Positions 1-7,774 of a stretch of DNA of 64,000 bases are shown here, piece after piece. Where the stretch lies: the IMG/VR virus record IMGVR_UViG_3300008954_000029, positions 20,663-84,662 of that record. The stretch is one strand, 5' to 3'. The notes under the pieces are model-generated. The model was not told where the DNA came from. It was given only the letters and a program-made list of their open reading frames with translations, and did no database searches. This DNA is from a virus. Made by a program: the position numbers and the translations under genes. Positions within the stretch are counted from its first letter, which is position 1. Every line of letters begins with the position of its first letter.

Positions 1-398
1 CCAGTGACGTACCCGACTATCATACTGGCTAGGTTACTGGTTGGTGTCTCCTTGTCTGTATTGCTCACGTCAACGTGTAGTTCTATCTTCAAACCTGGAA
101 ACAATGTGGCGATGTCCTGAGCAATACGAATAGTTCTATCGGCTTCGGCCAAGATGCGAGTAGCGAGAACGGTCATCTCGCGAGAAGATAAAACCTCGCG
201 AGTTATAAAGTATTTTCCACCTCGCTGATTGTAGGCTCCGTGAAGCACGATAGCCGAAGACATTATACAACCGCCATTATGGGGCTGTGTGTCTGATCCG
301 ATGTATACGGTACCATCAGCAAGATGATGCTGCTCAATCGCGTCTACTATCTGGGCATAATCAACAACGCGACCGTCTCCGGCGAACCAACTATACAT
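1..398 (-). CDS. RNase H-like YkuK/DUF458 family protein (3' end truncated by window edge)
   Basis: Not in ORF track; manual translation from ATG at 398: MYSWFAGDG...TVYIGSDTQ...SAIVLH...RILAEADRT...IELHVDV, matching the YkuK-type GSDSQ / E / ExHxD pattern. Confidence 0.75.
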   Translation of the reverse strand, partial: MYSWFAGDGRVVDYAQIVDAIEQHHLADGTVYIGSDTQPHNGGCIMSSAIVLHGAYNQRGGKYFITREVLSSREMTVLATRILAEADRTIRIAQDIATLFPGLKIELHVDVSNTDKETPTSNLASMIVGYVT

Positions 399-419
399 TG
401 GCTAGCCACAAAGAGACGA

Positions 420-1472
420 TCACTTCACAAGCCACTCCCACCTTTCACTCCAATAGTTCAAAGGAGATTCTACCACATTCTCTTGAAGTTGTTCAACTTC
501 TCCGATGGGAGGTGCGCTCTTTCCACGCTGCTTTGAGGGGTTGACCGTGAAGGGAACGCTCTTGCGTTTCTTGCCTTTGGTGGTAAGGCGGTTCTTTGAG
601 TGTTTACGTTTGACTGCGCGCTGGAACTTGCCGCGGTCTTGCGGCGGCTCGGCCTGCTCCGTATACCGGTCAACATTGCCGTAAAACTGATTTCCCTCTG
701 GTGGACGTTGTTTGTCCTGGACACTCATCACAGCATCATAAGAATCAACCTTCAAGCGCATTAGGTCTTTTAGTGATTCATTGCGGCGCAACACTTTGAA
801 GACAAGGTTTTCAACCGAAAACTCGCCCTCGGGAGAGTCCAGGCCTGCTCTGCGATAGTTCTTTATTCTGTCGCTCAAGTAGCGTGTTGTCGCTAGTGCC
901 TCCTCGTAGTTGGCCTCGCTGTAAAGAAGCTTGGCGCGATCAATCTGATCCATAAAGGAGGCTGCCTTGCCTTTGACGGAATGCCAATCTACCTGGGGCT
1001 CTTGGGGTTGTGGTTCTACGACCCAGTTATTATTTAAGATAGAATAAACACCTGAGGAATGGTGCGTCTCGTCCTCGTTCTCAACATAAATCTCCACCTC
1101 AAAGCCGAAGATCTTTATGTCGTGTCGCTTGTTCCAAAGGGCCTTTTGGGCATTGAACATGTCCCGAACAATGTCCTCGTTCTCATCCACATCAGCGAAG
1201 TTGACGACGATGTGTAAATCCACGTCAGAGTAGTTGGACCAATTATAGTTGGCCAAGGACCCAGTAAATCTTATGTCTTTAATCTGGACGTTAGGAAGGT
1301 CCAAATTCTCAAAAAACTGGGAGGCAATTTTTAGGAGCCGTTGAGAAATGACGGGATCAAGCTTTTTGACGGGGGACCAGAACTTTGTGTTCAGTTCGTC
1401 GTGGAATTTGAAGCTGGACACGTCAACGTTTTCGGCGTCCATATATTCTTCAAGGGAAACAATCTTCTTCAT
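420..1472 (-). CDS. Pol-beta superfamily nucleotidyltransferase with basic C-terminal extension
   Basis: FTGSLANYNWSNYSDVDLH = hG[S]x9-13DxD motif, later EVEIYV third carboxylate. Confidence 0.8.
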   Translation of the reverse strand: MKKIVSLEEYMDAENVDVSSFKFHDELNTKFWSPVKKLDPVISQRLLKIASQFFENLDLPNVQIKDIRFTGSLANYNWSNYSDVDLHIVVNFADVDENEDIVRDMFNAQKALWNKRHDIKIFGFEVEIYVENEDETHHSSGVYSILNNNWVVEPQPQEPQVDWHSVKGKAASFMDQIDRAKLLYSEANYEEALATTRYLSDRIKNYRRAGLDSPEGEFSVENLVFKVLRRNESLKDLMRLKVDSYDAVMSVQDKQRPPEGNQFYGNVDRYTEQAEPPQDRGKFQRAVKRKHSKNRLTTKGKKRKSVPFTVNPSKQRGKSAPPIGEVEQLQENVVESPLNYWSERWEWLVK

Positions 1473-1841
1473 TTAGGCAACTCTCCGCACTCGGCCCACC
1501 ACCTTCAACACCCGGATGCCCTTAATGTTGTTCACTGCGGGACGCAGGATCTTGCTGACGTAGGAGCGAGGAGAAATGCGTACGCTTTGCATACAACAAA
1601 ACTTAACCCGGATAGTATCATAATAGTTGCTGGCGTCTTCGGTACCAGACCCCGGCAAGTATGAAACAACAGTCACCCCGGGGATGGAACGGATCTCTCC
1701 AATGGTTTCATACTTGTCGCCGCCGATGTCCTTGTTCTTCTTGATTCGGATGTGTGTCTCAAAGGATTGATACTCGTACCCTGATTTGGGGTCCTTCAAC
1801 TCAAAAAGAAACTCTTTCCATTTTTGTGTGTAATCGCTCAT
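1473..1841 (-). CDS. hypothetical protein with WKEFLFE leader (putative virion protein)
   Basis: 122 aa ORF, abuts next gene, preceded by ACTATTTA motif. Confidence 0.6.
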   Translation of the reverse strand: MSDYTQKWKEFLFELKDPKSGYEYQSFETHIRIKKNKDIGGDKYETIGEIRSIPGVTVVSYLPGSGTEDASNYYDTIRVKFCCMQSVRISPRSYVSKILRPAVNNIKGIRVLKVVGRVRRVA

Positions 1842-1869
1842 ACGTATTCCTACATTATACCAGTAGATA

Positions 1870-1877
1870 TAAATAGT
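1870..1877 (-). promoter_or_regulatory. putative late promoter ACTATTTA
   Basis: recurrent intergenic motif (see findings). Confidence 0.6.
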
Positions 1878-1899
1878 TTTAAGCCAGCGAAAGTGCTTA

Positions 1900-2595
1900 T
1901 TACTTTATTGATTCAAAGTAGGTATTGATGTGCTCTCGCAGAAACTCTATGTGCACAGAGATGGACGAGTGAGGATACCGAGAATGAACGGCCGAAATCA
2001 TTCCAACTATTTCGTGCCTCTCGTTGTACACCGGGCCTCCTGAGTTCCCTGCGTATGCGGGGATTGATGTCATAAGCACCATCTTTGGGTCTCCACTCAA
2101 ATCAAGTTCAGTTCCAAGAAAGTCGTGACCAACAACCCACCCGCTTGTCTTGGTGGGAAAGGTCCCCGATGGAGCACCTATGGTGTGCACACGATCGCCT
2201 GTACGGGGCGCATTGGGCGCCAGCGTGAGAACACTGAACGCGTCGATGGCCATAAAAACACGGACTATACAAGCATCTCCGTCCTCCGCTGTATAGACGA
2301 CTCTGCCACCAAACTCCTCTCTCACACCTTCGTGTGGAGGGATCGTGGCCACCTTCGCTGGGCGGCCGACTTTCAAACAAATGTGGTCCGCTGTCATCAC
2401 GAAGACATCATCACCGGCAGACCCTATAACAAAGCCAGCGCCAGTAGCGACACCTTCATCGTGCTCTAAATAGACTTGAGCCACTCCACGGTATACAGGG
2501 TCCGCCGGGGTCGTTGGCGCACTATATACATAAGTTGTCTCCTGATGAGCACACGAAACTAAAGTAAAAGTTAATAAAAGCGTAAACCACTTCAC
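1900..2595 (-). CDS. trypsin-like (S1) serine protease, lipoprotein
   Basis: lipobox LVSC; TADH (His), DAC (Asp), GNSGGP (Ser). Confidence 0.85.
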   Translation of the reverse strand: MKWFTLLLTFTLVSCAHQETTYVYSAPTTPADPVYRGVAQVYLEHDEGVATGAGFVIGSAGDDVFVMTADHICLKVGRPAKVATIPPHEGVREEFGGRVVYTAEDGDACIVRVFMAIDAFSVLTLAPNAPRTGDRVHTIGAPSGTFPTKTSGWVVGHDFLGTELDLSGDPKMVLMTSIPAYAGNSGGPVYNERHEIVGMISAVHSRYPHSSISVHIEFLREHINTYFESIK

Positions 2596-2607
2596 ATTTT
2601 ATTCCTC

Positions 2608-4821
2608 CTATCGGCAAACGTCGCTAAATATATCGTCTAAATATCCCCTTATTGTACCTGAACTTATCCCGCTGTATAATCCGTAACACGCTTGCGCTAT
2701 GTTGGCCGGGGCGCACCACTGCGTGTACGTCCCTTGCGGCACTATGGCATAAACTTCCAGAGTATCTGCGGCCTCGCAACTCCCAACCGTACAGGGGGTT
2801 AGTGCGGCGCGTACATCGGCAGCCATCAGGCGCGGGTCCCTCAATGATTGCGCGTGCTCGTCTGACATCACAACAACCATCGGCCACGCATCGTCCCTGA
2901 AGCTCAAACCAATACTGTTCGTGGCGATGGATTCCACGGCATCATACTGTGGCTCCTCGTTCCAGAAATCACAAGTCAAAGTATTCAAGGCATTGGCGAA
3001 GGCTAGTGAGTCAACGAAATCAATGTGTATGTCTGGTGTGATTACTGGCTGGCGACCGGGGATGTTTACCAAGGCAAAGCGATGGGGCGTGTTTGCGAAC
3101 TCCAGCACGTAGGGTCGGATCGCGTCTCGGAGAGCACGAATCTTACCGCACATTGATCCACTACGGTCAATGGCGAAAATCATGTCAACCGTGTCGTGCG
3201 CGTCCAAATCCTCATCTATGTCGCCGTCGCAGTCGTCGTCGAGATTGTTACAGGTTTCGTCCTCCGGGAGGACTTGTCCAGCACAATAGCCATCTACAAA
3301 AACACCATCCAATTCCCCACCCCAGCGTCCCATACTACACGTAGCTTGGCCGGCTGCGCACTCCCCAACATCCTCGGTACCAGGGGGCCCCGTGTAGCAG
3401 CGTGCGAGAAGGCCTTCATCTATCTCTTCGTCGCAATCATCGTCCCAAGCGTTACAGTCCTCTTCCTGAGGTGCACCACCAGTAACGTCGCACGCCGGAT
3501 CTCGCGGCTGCTCAAAGGCGCACATAGCCATACACTCGGTGAATGCTGTGCGGCTACACTCATCATCAACACAGACACACTCCATAAAACCAGAGCCGCA
3601 CGTTAACATAGGGTTATTCTGACACGGCAACAGCATCCCCAAGAACTCGGGAGGGCACGTGCACTCCAACCCCTCATCCACAGATCCGTCGCAGTCGTTG
3701 TCTTCGGAATCGCAAATCTCTTCCTGAGGCAGCGGGGCGGAGCACCCTCCCCACCAGCCGACTCGGCAGGTCTCAAAGCCTGAGCCACACTCATTCTCGC
3801 AAGGTCGTAGTAGACCCTCGTCAATGGTTCCGTCGCAGTCGTTGTCGCGACCGTCGCACTGTTCCACCTCTGGGGGTGTATCGCCAATACACATTAAGTC
3901 TTGCCCGTTACAAGAGAGAGAACCGTAAGTACAACTTCCCACATCGGTAAGTCCACATTGGGTACCAGCACCCTGTGGGTTATCATCAACTTGTCCGTCG
4001 CAATCATTATCAACGGAATCACAAACTTCCTGAGACGGTAGCACCTCGTTCATACACCCCGACCAGGCACCATCGGCGCATAGTTCAATTCCTGTTCTAC
4101 AAGGTGTGTCGGAAGTTTCCGGACTGTTAAACACAAGCCAGTCTTGTGGGGTACCATCGCGGTCTGAGGGGCCTGACCAACACATCCTCTTCAGTCCCTC
4201 GTCCGTGTGGCCATCGCAGTTGTTGTCGAGGCCATCGCACAATTCTGTGGCCGGCCCTTGTGCGCCTAGGCAAGCACCCGACACCCACTCATCGTCTTCA
4301 GTACCCCCAATACGGTCGTGACCGTCCAGCCACGATCCCCATTCAGAACCACCCCGGGGAAGTGGTCGGCAAACCTGATCGCCATAAACGCATTGTCCAA
4401 GGAGGGCGCCGGTCCGATTTGAGTGGTCCTCAATAGTTCCTAGTTCTCTACCCTCTTCATCCAGCCAGCACTTTCTTTTGCTTGTAGTAGCCCAGTCAAC
4501 CGAATACTCCTTCCCCGCGGGCCAGCACTCGCACCCCTCGTCCACGCCATCGTCCCCGTATCCGCACGGGGTACCGTCCCCATTGGAATCTTGTTCTTCG
4601 AAAGGTTTGGAAATACAATCGCAATCATTGTCGAGTCCATCACAAAGCTCAGGAATCTCGGGGTCTGCCTCTGCGCTGGTGTTTTCTAGACTACAAGTAG
4701 TGTCGGGTGGGAAGGAGTCGGTGGATGTGCCGCCGAGTAGGTTAAGATCTTCGCACGAACATCCGCTTATGATTGTTAAAGTTAGTAGTAGTGGTAGGCC
4801 CTTTAATAATCTATATAACAT
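2608..4821 (-). CDS. Cys/Asp-rich repeat lipoprotein with C-terminal vWA domain (myxobacterial type)
   Basis: signal peptide + ISGC lipobox; 7 repeats of ExC(D/N)xxDx(D/N)CD (MopE-like putative metal-binding motif); MIDAS DRSGS, later VVVMSDE. Confidence 0.85.
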   Translation of the reverse strand: MLYRLLKGLPLLLTLTIISGCSCEDLNLLGGTSTDSFPPDTTCSLENTSAEADPEIPELCDGLDNDCDCISKPFEEQDSNGDGTPCGYGDDGVDEGCECWPAGKEYSVDWATTSKRKCWLDEEGRELGTIEDHSNRTGALLGQCVYGDQVCRPLPRGGSEWGSWLDGHDRIGGTEDDEWVSGACLGAQGPATELCDGLDNNCDGHTDEGLKRMCWSGPSDRDGTPQDWLVFNSPETSDTPCRTGIELCADGAWSGCMNEVLPSQEVCDSVDNDCDGQVDDNPQGAGTQCGLTDVGSCTYGSLSCNGQDLMCIGDTPPEVEQCDGRDNDCDGTIDEGLLRPCENECGSGFETCRVGWWGGCSAPLPQEEICDSEDNDCDGSVDEGLECTCPPEFLGMLLPCQNNPMLTCGSGFMECVCVDDECSRTAFTECMAMCAFEQPRDPACDVTGGAPQEEDCNAWDDDCDEEIDEGLLARCYTGPPGTEDVGECAAGQATCSMGRWGGELDGVFVDGYCAGQVLPEDETCNNLDDDCDGDIDEDLDAHDTVDMIFAIDRSGSMCGKIRALRDAIRPYVLEFANTPHRFALVNIPGRQPVITPDIHIDFVDSLAFANALNTLTCDFWNEEPQYDAVESIATNSIGLSFRDDAWPMVVVMSDEHAQSLRDPRLMAADVRAALTPCTVGSCEAADTLEVYAIVPQGTYTQWCAPANIAQACYGLYSGISSGTIRGYLDDIFSDVCR

Positions 4822-5545
4822 CCTTATTTTTAACTAGGTCATAGTTTTTTAATAGCTCCATTGTTTCTCGCCAATTAGAGACATTGTGCCAAGAAGTATC
4901 TTGATATTTCTGCATTTCAACGATCGCCTGATAATCGTTGCCACCCTCTTCTAACCTGTCTCCAAAATAGATTATGGGCTGGGGAGTCTCGTTTTCTATG
5001 ATCCAGTTAATTGTTTGCGATTTATCGTTGCCAGAGGGATATACATCGATGCTTATCTTGCCGCCAATCGTGAAGTCTAGGTCCTCGAATTGTTCGCCTA
5101 GCTCATAAACAATCGCTTCCCTTTCGCGAGCAATCTTGTCGTGTTCGTAATAGATCTCACGCTGAGTGGCGTCAGCGTTCCTACCTACCACAGAGAAGTT
5201 CAGCATCCCAGTGCGCATCTCTATGTGATTACCCAGACGCAGTGGAAAGGGGCTAGAATTTAAAACGGCAGTGAGTGCCTCAATCAAATCCTGCGAAGGT
5301 GAAAAGTTATTTTCGTAAACTAGGCGACCATCCACATAGCATTGATTCCCCATGCAGCAAAAGATTGCTGCGGCTGGCGTAAGGAGTACGCGAGGTAACT
5401 GTTCTTCGACTTTCTTAAAATCACTCCCTGTAGTGAGGTAGTATTTCTTATCCTTTCCCCACTCTATGAAGAACTGTACGAACTCATCCGCAGCGGGCTC
5501 TCGGTGGGGAGTGAGTGTCCCGTCAATATCAAACACATAAAGCAT
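4811..5545 (-). CDS. HAD-IIB phosphomannomutase (eukaryotic PMM-type)
   Basis: FDIDGTLT, TGSD, IEMRTGMLNFSVVGR, GGKISIDVYPSGNDK, FGDRLEEGGND. Confidence 0.85.
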   Translation of the reverse strand: MLYVFDIDGTLTPHREPAADEFVQFFIEWGKDKKYYLTTGSDFKKVEEQLPRVLLTPAAAIFCCMGNQCYVDGRLVYENNFSPSQDLIEALTAVLNSSPFPLRLGNHIEMRTGMLNFSVVGRNADATQREIYYEHDKIAREREAIVYELGEQFEDLDFTIGGKISIDVYPSGNDKSQTINWIIENETPQPIIYFGDRLEEGGNDYQAIVEMQKYQDTSWHNVSNWRETMELLKNYDLVKNKDVI

Positions 5546-5547
5546 AG

Positions 5548-5892
5548 CTAAATGGCGTAGCCAGCAGCGCGCAGGCCTCGCTGAAGCTCTCCGTCCAAAA
5601 GCTCCATGGCTGCTTCAAATTCAAGATCGCTACACTCCATGCTCATGTTGAGCCTCAGTAGCCTTCTGTATTCGCCCTCCCCTGTGATGATGGTGGGGTC
5701 GTGCAGACTGTATTCATACAAGGTTGTGAGTGCGTTGAAGGCTGAGTCGAAAAGCTTATAAGCCCTGTCCTCGTCCCACTCTGCCGCCTCAATTAACGCA
5801 GTCATCGCAGACATCTGCTTGGCCGCTTCCTTGAATTGTTCGTCTGTCAAATCAAACTTCACTTTATTCTCCAAAAGTAACCTGCTCACCAT
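5548..5892 (-). CDS. hypothetical protein
   Basis: 114 aa ORF in operon packing. Confidence 0.55.
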   Translation of the reverse strand: MVSRLLLENKVKFDLTDEQFKEAAKQMSAMTALIEAAEWDEDRAYKLFDSAFNALTTLYEYSLHDPTIITGEGEYRRLLRLNMSMECSDLEFEAAMELLDGELQRGLRAAGYAI

Positions 5893-6223
5893 CCTGATAA
5901 GTGATAATTGTCTTGTTATCAGGGTGAGGCTCGATGTGGACCTTTACAAAATCGGACATGCTGTCAAACACAGCGATGCCTCCACGAGGTGGCGGGTAAA
6001 GCCAGTGGACAATGCACTGTCCCGTCGCTAGCACAACGCCCTCAATAACAATCCCTTCACCAGAGACGCCTGTCTCGTCTGCCTGGCGGCAGACCGTAAA
6101 AGCACGGATGCCTTGTGCGGCCAACTTCGGTGGCGACTTGGGGATCAAATCTTCTGCGCTCGTAGTTTCCTCTGGTGCCTCTACCTTCTCTTTCTTCTTT
6201 TTGGATGTGGTGGTTTTAGTCAT
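5864..6223 (-). CDS. phage hypothetical protein (DETGVSGEGIVIEG motif)
   Basis: 119 aa ORF; motif familiar from phage hypotheticals. Confidence 0.6.
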   Translation of the reverse strand: MTKTTTSKKKKEKVEAPEETTSAEDLIPKSPPKLAAQGIRAFTVCRQADETGVSGEGIVIEGVVLATGQCIVHWLYPPPRGGIAVFDSMSDFVKVHIEPHPDNKTIITYQDGEQVTFGE

Positions 6224-6224
6224 T

Positions 6225-6626
6225 TTATTGCTCAGACATGTCTAGGAAATACCAGTACTTCACTTCCAGACCAGTCTCCTCATCAATAGCGTGCTTTATA
6301 AAAACATACCCCAACTGGTTATTTTCATTGTTCTCGTTATGAAGCCGAAGGTATTCAAGCATCAAAATGTCGGACAACTTATCTTCAAGTTCCGGGTGCT
6401 CAACCCCCTTCCAGGCGACGGCGAACATGTCAACAACGCCTAGGCATTCAGTATACCGAAAGGCCATAAAGTTCTCGCGGAATACTTGGAGTACATAATT
6501 CTCCTTCGCCGTACACTCCTCCAAAACTGCGTCGATGGAGACATTGTACTTTGCCTTTGCCCAGCGAACCTGATTGGCGCACCCTGTGGACAGCAGCAGC
6601 GCCAATACTAATAATAATTTCTTCAT
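6225..6626 (-). CDS. putative lipoprotein
   Basis: MKKLLLVLALLLSTGC signal/lipobox. Confidence 0.65.
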   Translation of the reverse strand: MKKLLLVLALLLSTGCANQVRWAKAKYNVSIDAVLEECTAKENYVLQVFRENFMAFRYTECLGVVDMFAVAWKGVEHPELEDKLSDILMLEYLRLHNENNENNQLGYVFIKHAIDEETGLEVKYWYFLDMSEQ

Positions 6627-7108
6627 TCTTTGTTCTCCAATTCTTCCATGTTATTGAAATTACCTCTGAACTCTCGATCAAACATAGTCAAGCCATCCAG
6701 ATGATCAATTTCGTGCTGGACACATATGCATTCTAATAGACTTTCAAAATCATTTAAATCTTTTGATCCGAACTCTCTTGGGTGTGGGAGATTGTCAGCC
6801 TCAACTAAAATTTTAGACGAACGAAGCGTGCGAACAGTTTGGCCCGGGAAAGAAAGACAACCCTCATCAAACATGATCTTCCCAAAAGCTCCTATTATTT
6901 TTGGGTTAACAAGAGCAATTGGCTCACGCACGTTCACCACGCAGACCCGCTTTGCTATGCCAATCTGATTGGCTGCTAGGCCGATACCACTATCAGAAGC
7001 CGACAATGTTAGGAAGAGCTTTTCAACAACATCCTTCGACTCTCCAGGTGCGCACGGTTCACAAACATTTTTGAGAATTTGTATGTCCTCAATGATCTTG
7101 CTTGTCAT
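6623..7108 (-). CDS. def: peptide deformylase
   Basis: GIGLAANQIG, EGCLS, QHEIDHLDG motifs. Confidence 0.95.
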   Translation of the reverse strand: MTSKIIEDIQILKNVCEPCAPGESKDVVEKLFLTLSASDSGIGLAANQIGIAKRVCVVNVREPIALVNPKIIGAFGKIMFDEGCLSFPGQTVRTLRSSKILVEADNLPHPREFGSKDLNDFESLLECICVQHEIDHLDGLTMFDREFRGNFNNMEELENKE

Positions 7109-7145
7109 AATAATAAATTACCACAAATTCGCCCAGTTGTTAAAT

Positions 7146-7757
7146 CTATATCTCTCCCCTCAGAATAGCCTCAAAATACTGCTTCATCATAGAGGCCTTG
7201 GCTGACTTATCTTTCAACTCGCCGTATCCCCACCCAATCCTGCTTGCGATGCCACTCAGTTGAGACGAGGTCTTCGCAATCTGTCCCTCCACTATACCTA
7301 TGTGCCCTTCTGACGGAGGATCTATCTGAATGCCAAGCTCTATTGCGATTCTTTCTAATGCAACAAGATTCTCATCCTCATAATGTTCATAAGCCTTCTG
7401 AAACAGTGCCTTCTTCTCTTCTTGTACCTCTTTGGAGCGCAGAGCGAACTTATCGGGGTGTATTTGCTTTGCTATTTCCTTATAGATTTTCTTTAATTCT
7501 TGCCTTTGTGTTTTTGGTTCTGGCTCATTTTTGGATTCGCATCGTTTTGTAGACAGTTCTTCGTCCTTCCTCTTCTGGGCGTCGTCTACTGCCTGCTTCT
7601 GCTCATCGCTCAACAGTTTATAGAATTCCTCAAAATCCTTTTCAAACTCTTGTGCCCTAGTCCCAAACTCCTCCTCCATCTCCTCCAACTCTAACGTCAA
7701 GTATTCGTATTTATGTTTAAGCTTGCGGTATGAGGTAGAGAGCTTTTTATTCGCCAT
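7146..7757 (-). CDS. J-domain (DnaJ-like) coiled-coil protein
   Basis: LKKIYKEIAKQIHPDK with HPD motif. Confidence 0.75.
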   Translation of the reverse strand: MANKKLSTSYRKLKHKYEYLTLELEEMEEEFGTRAQEFEKDFEEFYKLLSDEQKQAVDDAQKRKDEELSTKRCESKNEPEPKTQRQELKKIYKEIAKQIHPDKFALRSKEVQEEKKALFQKAYEHYEDENLVALERIAIELGIQIDPPSEGHIGIVEGQIAKTSSQLSGIASRIGWGYGELKDKSAKASMMKQYFEAILRGEI

Positions 7758-7774
7758 AGCAAAGAATTATTGCA

